Source: Alphaproteobacteria bacterium 65-37 (GTDB lineage: Bacteria; Pseudomonadota; Alphaproteobacteria; Reyranellales; Reyranellaceae). Taken from it: a stretch of DNA of 64,000 nucleotides. Position 1 is the stretch's first letter. The number at the start of each line of letters is the position of its first letter. A program made the position numbers and the translations under genes. The notes beneath the pieces are model-generated. The model ran no database searches. It was given only the letters and a program-made list of their open reading frames with translations, and was not told the origin of the DNA. The DNA lies in the NCBI GenBank assembly GCA_001897995.1, contig MKRV01000315.1:545-64544 (forward strand), written 5' to 3'. Below, piece after piece: positions 50,155 to 58,328 of this stretch.

Positions 50155-51714
50155 TCACCCCTTGATGTTTTCGAGAACGGCGCGAACGAGAGCGACCGCT
50201 TCGGCATTGCTGAAGGAGACATCGACACCGGCGGCCCGCAGGATCTCGGCCTGCCGGTCCATATGCTGCGGATCGGCATCGGTGCCGCAGATCTGGGCGA
50301 CGAAGACCGGCGCACCCTTTCCGCCGGCCGCGGCCCGCGCCTTTTCGATGGCCGGCGCCAGAACGCTCGCCGGATTTTCATGGGCGCCGTAGCCGAGCAC
50401 GACGTCGAGCAGGATGATCGCGGTTTCGGCGTCCGCCGATTCCTGACTGATGCGCTCCAAGCGCAGCGCCGGATCGATCATCGGGTGCGGTCTGCCGCGC
50501 GTGAAGTCGTCGTCGCCGAGATCCATGATCGTATGGCCGCTGCTCCGCCACAGATCGGGCATGCGCGCCGTCTGCTTGGTCGGCGTGTTCGATTGCAGGG
50601 CGGGCAGGACATCCTGCAACAGGATCAGCGCCTCGTAGCAGAAGGTGCCGCCGCTATAGAGGCCGCGCAGGTACTTGCGGCCCAACCCAAGTGACGCGGC
50701 AAGCCGCTTCGCCCGACCCTGCAGCTCAGCGCTGGCGCCATGGTCGGAGCGGAACGTCGCCTTGCCCGATTTCAGCGCCTCGACAGCACGCCGCGCAGCC
50801 TCCTCCAGCGTCAGCGCACAATCGAAGCCCCGTGACTCGACGTCGGCCAGCGCGGCGCCGAGGAAGCACACGACCACCGGCTTTCCGGTGGCACGGGCCG
50901 CAGCCAGCACCTTGTCCGCCACCGCCTTGGCCGGCGGCTTGGAGATCAGCACGATCACCCTGGTTTCCGGATCGCCACCGAGCTGCTTGAGAGCCGTGAG
51001 CATGGTCAGGCCGCCGACCGCTTCCGAAAGGTCGTGGCCGCCGGTGCCGATCGCCTGGGTCACCCCCTCGCCCGCCTGATGGATCAGGCAGGTCACCTGC
51101 TGCAGGCCGGTGCCCGAGGCGCCGACAACGCCGATCCCGCCCTTGCGCACCACGTTGGCGAAGGCGAGCGGCACGCCGTTGATGATTGCGGTGCCGCAGT
51201 CCGGGCCCATCACCAGAAGGTTGCGGGCATGGCCGTAGCGCTTGATGGCAATCTCCTCGTCCACCGGCACGTTGTCGGAGAAGATCATCACATCGAGGCC
51301 GAGCTTCAGCGCCTTCATCGCCTCGGCGGCAGCGAACGCACCAGGCGTCGAGATCAGCGCGAGATTGGCACCCTTGGCCTCGTCTTCGAGCGCCATGACG
51401 ATGGCCCGCGGGGGCACCTTCTGCACGGTGCCGTCACCGCCCTTGGCCTTCTCCGACAGTGCTGCCTCGGCAAAATCGAGGGCGGTTTGCAGGCTGGCCT
51501 CTTCGCCGCGCACGACGAGCAACATGTCGTTGGGGCGAGCGGCAGGCCGTTGATCTATCAACCCGGCTTCGACCATCAAATCTATGTTGGCGTCGGTTGC
51601 CATCTGGGCCGAGGCGGCCTCGATGCCGGGCAATTGCGCGATCTTGGTCGACAGCTGCATCAGCGCGACCGAGTCCCGGTACATGTTGGGGAAGAAATGA
51701 ACGAGCGGGGTCAT
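50155..51714 (-). CDS. fdrA: FdrA/YahF family acyl-CoA-synthetase-like protein
   Basis: NMYRDSVALM, ALISTPG, MIFSDNV, LVMGPDCGTAII, GASGTGLQ, GTGGHDLS, ISKPP, GLYSGGT, DLGDDDFTRGRPHPMIDP, LDVVLGYG. Confidence 0.93.
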   Translation of the reverse strand: MTPLVHFFPNMYRDSVALMQLSTKIAQLPGIEAASAQMATDANIDLMVEAGLIDQRPAARPNDMLLVVRGEEASLQTALDFAEAALSEKAKGGDGTVQKVPPRAIVMALEDEAKGANLALISTPGAFAAAEAMKALKLGLDVMIFSDNVPVDEEIAIKRYGHARNLLVMGPDCGTAIINGVPLAFANVVRKGGIGVVGASGTGLQQVTCLIHQAGEGVTQAIGTGGHDLSEAVGGLTMLTALKQLGGDPETRVIVLISKPPAKAVADKVLAAARATGKPVVVCFLGAALADVESRGFDCALTLEEAARRAVEALKSGKATFRSDHGASAELQGRAKRLAASLGLGRKYLRGLYSGGTFCYEALILLQDVLPALQSNTPTKQTARMPDLWRSSGHTIMDLGDDDFTRGRPHPMIDPALRLERISQESADAETAIILLDVVLGYGAHENPASVLAPAIEKARAAAGGKGAPVFVAQICGTDADPQHMDRQAEILRAAGVDVSFSNAEAVALVRAVLENIKG

Positions 51715-51754
51715 GGGAACTCCTCGAGAGCAGTCGGTCGCGGACCTGCTGCTC

Positions 51755-52609
51755 CTATGAGAGGGGAATGAAATCGGAATGGCCGGCGGCGAGGGCGAGG
51801 CCGGTCACGAGGCCGGCGGCCTGATCGATGCCGGAACTGTGCCCGCGCGCGGCAAGGCGTCTGAAGGCGCCGGGTATGTCGCCCTCCGGTTCGGCGATGG
51901 CCGCGAAGAATCCGTGCAGCAGACCGGTCCACCAGGGCGTGCAGGCCTGGGCGAGGTAGTCCTTGCTGGCAGACGTCGTGCGATCGAGATGCGGCATCAC
52001 CCCGCGACGCACGGTTTCGAAGCGCGCATCACCCGCGGCCGCAAGCGCGCCCAGCAAACCGCACAACAGATCGTCGCCGCTCGGCGTGAGGCCGGGGCCG
52101 AGGCCAACCAGCCGATGCAGGGCCTGATCCGCTGCTTCCCTCCGATGCAGCTTGCGGCACAGATCGGCGAAGCGCAGATACGCCGCCGTCCGCGTCATCT
52201 CTGGTGCCAATCCCCGCATCGCGGCGTCGAGGTGTGCCTTCGCCTCGAGGAGCCCCGGCCGCCAGCCGTCGGCGGGAACACAGCCCGGAAAGCTCGGCGA
52301 CTGCCACAGGGCGGCATTTCTGCGGTAGTCGATGCGGAAGCCGGAACCGGAAAGGACGCCCCGGTCTGCCGCAACGCGCCGGCCGACATGCAGGTGCGGA
52401 TGCAGCCTGCCCCACTCTCCTGCGAAGGCAGTGATGATACGCATGCCTTGCTCTTCCGACCCGGCGAGCAGAGTGAGACGGCGCCCGTCGTCGAGCGAGA
52501 CGGTGCAGGCATGGGCAAACACCGCCTCGACCGCCCCCGCGAAGGGCGAAGCCGCGATATCCGCACCGACATCTCTTGCCTGCACGTCGATCACAGCGCC
52601 CTCCGTCAC
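51755..52609 (-). CDS. DUF2877 protein (YahE/YlbF/AllH family)
   Basis: [34 protein letters not shown] 52609 overlaps the upstream TGA. Confidence 0.85.
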   Translation of the reverse strand: MTEGAVIDVQARDVGADIAASPFAGAVEAVFAHACTVSLDDGRRLTLLAGSEEQGMRIITAFAGEWGRLHPHLHVGRRVAADRGVLSGSGFRIDYRRNAALWQSPSFPGCVPADGWRPGLLEAKAHLDAAMRGLAPEMTRTAAYLRFADLCRKLHRREAADQALHRLVGLGPGLTPSGDDLLCGLLGALAAAGDARFETVRRGVMPHLDRTTSASKDYLAQACTPWWTGLLHGFFAAIAEPEGDIPGAFRRLAARGHSSGIDQAAGLVTGLALAAGHSDFIPLS

Positions 52610-53271
52610 GCGATGGCGTCGATGACGGCGGTGGACGCCGCCACCCAGCCGAAGATACCGCCCTGTGCCTTGATCATTTCCAGGGCACTGCGGTTGAATT
52701 CGGGGAAATAGGAGCCGACGGCGTCCGACACCACGAGGCATTCGAAACCTCGATCATTGGCCTCGCGCACCGTGGTATTGACACAGACCTCCGTGGTCAC
52801 GCCGCAGACGATCAGGGTCCTGATGCCGCGATTGCGCAGCATCAACTCGAGATCGGTGGCGAAGAACGCGCCCTTGCCCGGCTTGTCGATCACCGGTTCG
52901 TTCGGCGCCGGATAAAGCTCGGGAATGATGTCGTGCCCCTTCTCCCCGCGGATCAGCACGCGGCCCATCGGACCCTCGTCGCCGATGCCGACCTTCAGGC
53001 CGCCCCGCGCCTTCTTCGAGGGTGGGCAATCCGTCATGTCGGGCGCATGGCCCTCGCGGGTATGAATGACGAGCATCTTCGCCTTGCGTGCTGCTTCCAA
53101 CACCGCCTTGCACGGAGCGATAGACGCGCGCAGCAGCGAGACGTCGTTGCCGAGCATGGAGCCGAAGCCGCCGGGCTCGAGGAAATCGCGCTGCATGTCG
53201 ATGATAACGAGCGCGGTGCTCGCCGGATCGAACACCAGATCGTAAGGCTCAGCCCTGAAAACCCTGGTCAT
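52606..53271 (-). CDS. Cysteine hydrolase (isochorismatase fold), triuret hydrolase TrtA-like
   Basis: Catalytic D25 (IIDMQRDF), K130 (DKPGKG) and C163 (TTEVCV). Residues F36, L40, N42, E161, Y188 and I206 match the TrtA-type rather than BiuH-type pattern as I recall it. Confidence 0.85.
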   Translation of the reverse strand: MTRVFRAEPYDLVFDPASTALVIIDMQRDFLEPGGFGSMLGNDVSLLRASIAPCKAVLEAARKAKMLVIHTREGHAPDMTDCPPSKKARGGLKVGIGDEGPMGRVLIRGEKGHDIIPELYPAPNEPVIDKPGKGAFFATDLELMLRNRGIRTLIVCGVTTEVCVNTTVREANDRGFECLVVSDAVGSYFPEFNRSALEMIKAQGGIFGWVAASTAVIDAIA

Positions 53272-53356
53272 GACGCCCCCTCGCGTTCGGTTCGTGCGGT
53301 GCGCATTGCAAGCGGAAGGGAGCGCATCCCCTCCACGTGCTCGTTCATTTGTCCGT

Positions 53357-53737
53357 TCACTTGCCCTTGGACGCCATGTAGGCGCGCCAGTCGCCGAAGC
53401 GCGAAATGTCGACATGCTCCGGCTTGATCTTGTCCGCGGGGTACAGGATGCCGTCGACCACCCGGCCGTCGTCGAGCTTGACCGGTCCGCAGTAGAGGTG
53501 CGGCGGCTCACCGGCCTCGACCTTGGCCCAGGTCTCGTCACTCATTCTGTACATCTCGCCGGCAACCGAGACGCCGCCGCTTTCCACCTCGTGCATGCCC
53601 GGATGGACATCGTTGATGGAATAGATGCGGTAGACCGGCGCCGTGCGGAACGCGCCGAGGAATTCGGCGCCTTCCAGATTCTTGTGCAGGGCGAGCCCCT
53701 TCATCAGGGTGCCGTTGACGAACAGTGTTTTACTCAT
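53357..53737 (-). CDS. Stand-alone GGCT-fold protein resembling the allophanate hydrolase C-terminal domain
   Basis: [43 protein letters not shown], and C-terminal [11 protein letters not shown], similar to the AtzF/Dur1,2 tail DITxFGGWRAY. Confidence 0.75.
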   Translation of the reverse strand: MSKTLFVNGTLMKGLALHKNLEGAEFLGAFRTAPVYRIYSINDVHPGMHEVESGGVSVAGEMYRMSDETWAKVEAGEPPHLYCGPVKLDDGRVVDGILYPADKIKPEHVDISRFGDWRAYMASKGK

Positions 53738-55338
53738 GGATGCACAAGACCTTCTTCATCGTTGTCGATTGGAGACCAGCTGATGCCCTCGCCGTCCTTC
53801 AGCTGACGCCAGGCGAGGAACGTGAACAGCAATGCGGCCATGACATAGCCCGCACTCACGGCAGGCGACGCATTGATCGCAAGATGCGAACCATTGATGA
53901 AACCGAAGAACGACAACACAGCGGCGAACGAGGCAAAGACTGCGGCCCAGTTGAAGCGACGGTCGATCACGAACACCGCAATCGCACCGAGCATCAGGCC
54001 GGCGAGAACCGCTCCGCCGCCTGCAAGCTCCATGCCGTGATAGACAACGCCGTTGCTGGCCAGAGCCTTGACCGTCTCGGGCGGAACCGGGGTCGTGGCG
54101 ATACCCGCGGCGTTCAGCGCACCGGAGACCTGACCGCGCGCCCATTCGGCGATGTTCGGCACCAGCGCCAGCACGATGGCCGGCGCATGGCGCCGTGGAC
54201 AGGCCTGGAACGCCTGCGCCCCGATCACCAGACCGATGAACAGCAGGATCGGCAGGATCGCGACCAGCGGCACGACCGACAGGAAGAACGCAGCCAGGCC
54301 GAAGAAGCAGACGATGGACACGAAGATGCCGGTGAACAGCGAGTAGCCAACACGTCCGCCCATCGCTTTCCAGCCCGGATGGCCGATATAGACCGCCGGT
54401 GGGAACGGCGAGCCGAGCAGCGCGCCGACCACGCCGCCCAGTCCGTCGGCGAACAGCACGTAGCGCAGGTCGTACTCGTCGCCGCCGGCGGCCGCCGATT
54501 CGACGTTGTTCATCGCTTCGGTGAAGTTGTAGATGCCGAGCGGAATGGCGGTGACCAGCAGCGGCCAGACCTTGTCCATCGGCACCGAAAACACGTCGAA
54601 CGAGAACATCGGCAGGTGCAGCGACACCAGATCCACCGAATTGCTGACCTGCTTCGGTGCCATGAGATCGGTCCAGCCCATCCACACGCCGGTCCAGGCC
54701 ATCAGGCCGCCGAGCACGATGATGACCAGGCCACCGGGTAGGCCGAACGGCAGGCGCACGCGACCGACCCACGAGATCAGCACGATCATGAAGCAGATCA
54801 GCCCGATCCAGGCGGTGTCGAAGATCAGGAAGGCCGGGCGCATCGAGATAAAGGCGATGGAGACGCCGGCCAAGGTGCCGAGCATCGCGGCGCGCGGCGT
54901 GTATTTGCGGATCGCCGGGCCGACCAGGATGCCGCACAGCGTGATGCCGCCGACGATCATCGCCCAGATCAGACCGAGCTTCCAACCGAGGATGGCATCG
55001 TTGGTCGCGATATAGGTCGGCAGCATCACCACGAAGGTGACGATGAACATCTGCGGCACGCTCGGCCCGTAGGGCAAGGCCGCGACGTCGTTGCGGCCGT
55101 CAGCCACGCCGCGCCGGTAGGCGAGCCAGGCGTAGTAGAGATTGCCGATCGGCAACGCAATGCCGAGGGCCGGCAGGATGCGCCCAAAGACGATGTCGTT
55201 CGGTAGTTTTGCAACGCCGAGACAGAGGGAGGAAAGAACCAGGACGTTCAGAAGGACGTTGGTGAACAACCCGAAAAAGGCATTCATGTCCCCGCTCGTC
55301 CAAAGCTTGGGGCGGGTTCTAGAGACTGCGGCGTCCAT
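53734..55338 (-). CDS. Multi-TM permease, distant NCS2/AzgA (xanthine/uracil/vitamin C permease-like) family
   Basis: About 14 hydrophobic segments; GDMNAFFGLFTN, ALPYGPSVP, TPRAAMLGTLAG, NNVESAAAGGDEY, SPFPPAVYIGHPGWKAMGGRVGY. Start at ATG 55338. Confidence 0.75.
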   Translation of the reverse strand: MDAAVSRTRPKLWTSGDMNAFFGLFTNVLLNVLVLSSLCLGVAKLPNDIVFGRILPALGIALPIGNLYYAWLAYRRGVADGRNDVAALPYGPSVPQMFIVTFVVMLPTYIATNDAILGWKLGLIWAMIVGGITLCGILVGPAIRKYTPRAAMLGTLAGVSIAFISMRPAFLIFDTAWIGLICFMIVLISWVGRVRLPFGLPGGLVIIVLGGLMAWTGVWMGWTDLMAPKQVSNSVDLVSLHLPMFSFDVFSVPMDKVWPLLVTAIPLGIYNFTEAMNNVESAAAGGDEYDLRYVLFADGLGGVVGALLGSPFPPAVYIGHPGWKAMGGRVGYSLFTGIFVSIVCFFGLAAFFLSVVPLVAILPILLFIGLVIGAQAFQACPRRHAPAIVLALVPNIAEWARGQVSGALNAAGIATTPVPPETVKALASNGVVYHGMELAGGGAVLAGLMLGAIAVFVIDRRFNWAAVFASFAAVLSFFGFINGSHLAINASPAVSAGYVMAALLFTFLAWRQLKDGEGISWSPIDNDEEGLVHP

Positions 55339-56023
55339 GCCGTTTCTCCTTGTTGTCGACGCAGGAATGAGACCGTGCCAACAAATGCATGATGGTGATC
55401 TCGACGTTGTCGAGGCCGCTGGAGATGTTCTGGCGTAGCGCCTGGGCGGCCCCGGTCTCATCGCCGGCGGCGATGCGATCAAGAATGGCGGTGTGTTCGT
55501 CGCCGGTCGATTGCGCACGGGCGGTGTGCGAGAAATCGAACGCGCGGAACGCATGGAGGCGCTCGTTGATGCGCCGGATCTGCTCCATCATCAGCTGGTT
55601 GCCATGGGCCGCGACGAGGTCGGCATGGAAAGCCTCGTCGAGACTGGCAAGGGTCTGCCGGGAGAGGTCCTCGAGCTTTTCGGGGTTCGCCCACTGGTCG
55701 CGCAACCGCGCTTCGACATCCTTCGGCAAGCCGTTTCGGGCGAGCCCCCGCACCGCCTGAACCTCGATGGCGAAGCGGAACTCGTAGAGATCCTCGACGT
55801 CGGCCAGCAACAGCTGGCGCACGCGGTAGCTTTGATGCGGATCGCGCTCCAGCAAGCCTTCGGCAGCGAGTTCGGTCAGGGCCTGGCGGATCGGCGAGCG
55901 GCTGACGCCGAACTCGGCGCACAGGCTCTCCTCGGTCAGCTGATGGCGCGGCGGGTAGGACCAGTCGAGCAGCCGGCGGCGCAGCGTCAGAACGATCTGT
56001 TTAACAGCCGAGGTACGCGCCAC
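55319..56023 (-). CDS. GntR family (FCD/FadR-type) transcriptional regulator
   Basis: LTEESLCAEFGVSRSPIRQAL HTH, DLYEFRFAIE, LDEAFH, EHTAILDRI. GTG start with GAGGAGG RBS. Confidence 0.92.
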   Translation of the reverse strand: MARTSAVKQIVLTLRRRLLDWSYPPRHQLTEESLCAEFGVSRSPIRQALTELAAEGLLERDPHQSYRVRQLLLADVEDLYEFRFAIEVQAVRGLARNGLPKDVEARLRDQWANPEKLEDLSRQTLASLDEAFHADLVAAHGNQLMMEQIRRINERLHAFRAFDFSHTARAQSTGDEHTAILDRIAAGDETGAAQALRQNISSGLDNVEITIMHLLARSHSCVDNKEKRHGRRSL

Positions 56024-56073
56024 AGACCCCTCCTCGACAAAACGGCATCAGCCTCACCCCCTAATTGATGGAT

Positions 56074-56103
56074 ACTCTATTGTATTATTCTATTGTATAC
56101 AAT
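56074..56103 (-). promoter_or_regulatory. Sigma70 promoter overlapped by a GntR/FadR-type operator
   Basis: Minus strand TTGTAT-N17-TAGAGT. Perfect palindrome ATTGTATACAAT at 56092-56103 covers the -35 box, with an extra ATTGTAT half-site at 56079-56085. The patch is AT-rich. Confidence 0.75.
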
Positions 56104-56244
56104 GCAGGGAGACGAAAAATATCTATGCAGCACGCGACGGGGGCTTGCCGACGAAGGACGGCAAAACGCAACCGACGCTCAACAGGCTGGAATCATTGGT
56201 AAATAGTCGAACGAGGCGCCCGCGCGATGGCGCGAGCTACCTCC

Positions 56245-56282
56245 TTCTCCTCTCCCCGCTTCGACTATGGGGAGGAGGAGAA
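56245..56282. repeat. Imperfect inverted repeat (terminator or REP-like hairpin)
   Basis: TTCTCCTCTCCCC-N11-GGGGAGGAGGAGAA, downstream of the rid gene. Confidence 0.45.
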
Positions 56283-56337
56283 TTGCCCAAGGCCTCAGCC
56301 TCAGGCGCCTTTGAGAGAAAAATGTGCGGACGGCCGC

Positions 56338-56892
56338 TTAGCGTTTCTTCTTCCGGGCGGCCTTCTTCTTGGCCTTGGGCGCGGCTTTGCGCTTGGCGGC
56401 GGGCCGTGGTGCCGCAGCGCGGCGGGCGGGCGCGCTTTCAAGCTCGACGATCACCTCGATCTCGACTGGAATGCCGCGCGGTAGCGAGGCCATGCCAACC
56501 GCCGATCGGGCATGGCGGCCGCGCTCGCCGAACACCGTGACGAAGAGGTCGGAGCAGCCGTTGATCACTTCGGGCTGCTGGCCGAATTCGGGTACGGCAT
56601 TGACCATGCCCAGCACCTTGACCACGCGCTTCACCTTGTCGAGGTCGCCCAGCTCGGCCTTGAGCGCGGCCAGGATGCTGATGCCGACCGAGCGTGCGTG
56701 CTCATAGCCCTCCTCGACCGTGAAGTCGCGGCCGACCTTGCCGACCGGCAGCGGATGGCCCGGCAAGCCCGGGCCCTTGCCCGCCAAATACAGCAGGTTG
56801 CCGGTACGCACGGCGTTCACGTAGCTGCCCATCGGCGTCGTCGCCTTGGGCAGATCGATGCCGAGTTCCTTGAGCTTCTTTTCGACCTTCAT
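56338..56892 (-). CDS. Rid (YjgF/YER057c/UK114) family protein with a basic C-terminal tail
   Basis: GSYVNAVRTGNLLYLAG, VVKVLGMVN, INGCSDLF, GRHARSAVG..LP..PVEIE, followed by RRAAAPRPAAKRKAAPKAKKKAARKKKR. Confidence 0.92.
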   Translation of the reverse strand: MKVEKKLKELGIDLPKATTPMGSYVNAVRTGNLLYLAGKGPGLPGHPLPVGKVGRDFTVEEGYEHARSVGISILAALKAELGDLDKVKRVVKVLGMVNAVPEFGQQPEVINGCSDLFVTVFGERGRHARSAVGMASLPRGIPVEIEVIVELESAPARRAAAPRPAAKRKAAPKAKKKAARKKKR

Positions 56893-56902
56893 GGCTCCCC
56901 CT

Positions 56903-57541
56903 TCAGAGCGCCTTCACCCGGTCGAGGAAGGCGCGAATCAATTCGATTGATTTCACACCCCGGCTCACTTCGATACCAGAGGAAACGTCTACGGTCGGCG
57001 CGCCCGTGACGCGCACCGCTTCGGCGACATTGTCCGCCGTGAGACCACCGGCGAGCATCCAGGGCAGCGGCACGCTGCGGCCCGTCAGGATCGTCCAGTC
57101 GAAAGCCTTGGCATTGCCGCCGGGCAGAGCACCGCCGGCCACATCGAACATCAGCCGGTCGGCGACACCGGCATAGAGGGCGATGTCGCGCTCGACATCC
57201 TCGGGCCCCGCCACCTTGATCACCTTCATCACCGGCTTGCCGGTGCGCGCCTTGAGGGCCGCCACGCGCTCCGGCGTCTCCGAGCCGTGGAGCTGCAGCA
57301 GATCGATGGCGCCGGTCGCCAGCCGTTCGTCGATCAGCGCGTCGTCGGGATCGACGAACAGGCCGACCCTGCCGACATGCGCCGGCACCCGTGCCCCCAG
57401 CGCCCGCAGACGATCGAGCGACTCGATGTGGCGCGGCGACTTCGGAAAGGTGACGAAGCCGATCCAGCGCGCGCCGCCCGCAACGGCCGCGTCGATCGTC
57501 TCCGGCGTCGAGAGCCCGCAGATCTTGGCGTCGACCGTCAT
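56903..57541 (-). CDS. trpF: Phosphoribosylanthranilate isomerase
   Basis: AKICGLS, LLQLHGSETPERV, LMFD, GGNAKAFDW, LAGGL, VDVSSGIE. Confidence 0.96.
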   Translation of the reverse strand: MTVDAKICGLSTPETIDAAVAGGARWIGFVTFPKSPRHIESLDRLRALGARVPAHVGRVGLFVDPDDALIDERLATGAIDLLQLHGSETPERVAALKARTGKPVMKVIKVAGPEDVERDIALYAGVADRLMFDVAGGALPGGNAKAFDWTILTGRSVPLPWMLAGGLTADNVAEAVRVTGAPTVDVSSGIEVSRGVKSIELIRAFLDRVKAL

Positions 57542-58290
57542 AGGTCGTTGATGCCGGCTTCGCGCGCAATCGCCTCGGCGGCGGCGCGCGGATCGGCAGC
57601 CTGGTAGATCGGCCGGCCGACCACGAGGTGGCTGGCGCCGAGGTCGACGGCCTGGCGCGGCGTCATCGCGCGCTTCTGGTCGTTCGCGGCGCTGCCGACA
57701 GGTCGAATGCCTGGCACCATCAGCACGAACTCCGAGCCGCAGCGTTTGCGCAGCGCGGCAATCTCGTGCGGCGAGCAGATCGCCCCGTCGAGCCCGCTCT
57801 CCTGCGCCAGCGCCGCCAGCCGCACCACCTGGTCCGACGGATCGGCATCGACGCCGGTGGCTTCGAGGTCGGACCGATCGAGCGAGGTCAGCACCGTGAC
57901 GCCGAGCAGCTTGGGCCGCGGCACATTGTGCTTGGCCGCCTGCGCGGCCGCCTCTTCGGCCGCGGCCTTCATCATCTCGCGGCCGCCGCTGGCGTGGATG
58001 GTGATGTAGGTCGGCGCCAGGTCGACGACGGCGCGGATGCCGCCGGCCACCGTATTGGGGATGTCGTGCAGCTTGAGGTCGAGGAAGAAGCCGACGCCCG
58101 TCGCCCTCACCGGCGTCGGAAAGGCATACCGCACCCCTGGCGCGCCGTGGGCGAGAAAGAACTCGAGTCCCAGTTTGACACCGCCAACGGCGGGCTTCGG
58201 CCCGCCGGCGACACTCTGGATCAGCTTCGCGGCATGGACGAGATCGGTGGTGTCGATGCTGCTGTAGACGGGGTTCGAACGGGTTTTCAT
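57538..58290 (-). CDS. pyrF: Orotidine-5'-phosphate decarboxylase
   Basis: VKLGLEF, FLDLKLHDIPNTV, GVTVLTS, VPGIRP, DQKR, VVGRPI. Confidence 0.96.
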   Translation of the reverse strand: MKTRSNPVYSSIDTTDLVHAAKLIQSVAGGPKPAVGGVKLGLEFFLAHGAPGVRYAFPTPVRATGVGFFLDLKLHDIPNTVAGGIRAVVDLAPTYITIHASGGREMMKAAAEEAAAQAAKHNVPRPKLLGVTVLTSLDRSDLEATGVDADPSDQVVRLAALAQESGLDGAICSPHEIAALRKRCGSEFVLMVPGIRPVGSAANDQKRAMTPRQAVDLGASHLVVGRPIYQAADPRAAAEAIAREAGINDL

Positions 58291-58328
58291 GGCGCCGGCA
58301 ACCTAATGGCCGGGCCCCAGGCCAGCAA

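Noticed and set aside
47674-56337. IS, integrase or att repeats bounding the catabolic operon
   Set aside because: None are visible by eye at either junction, so it is not called a mobile element.
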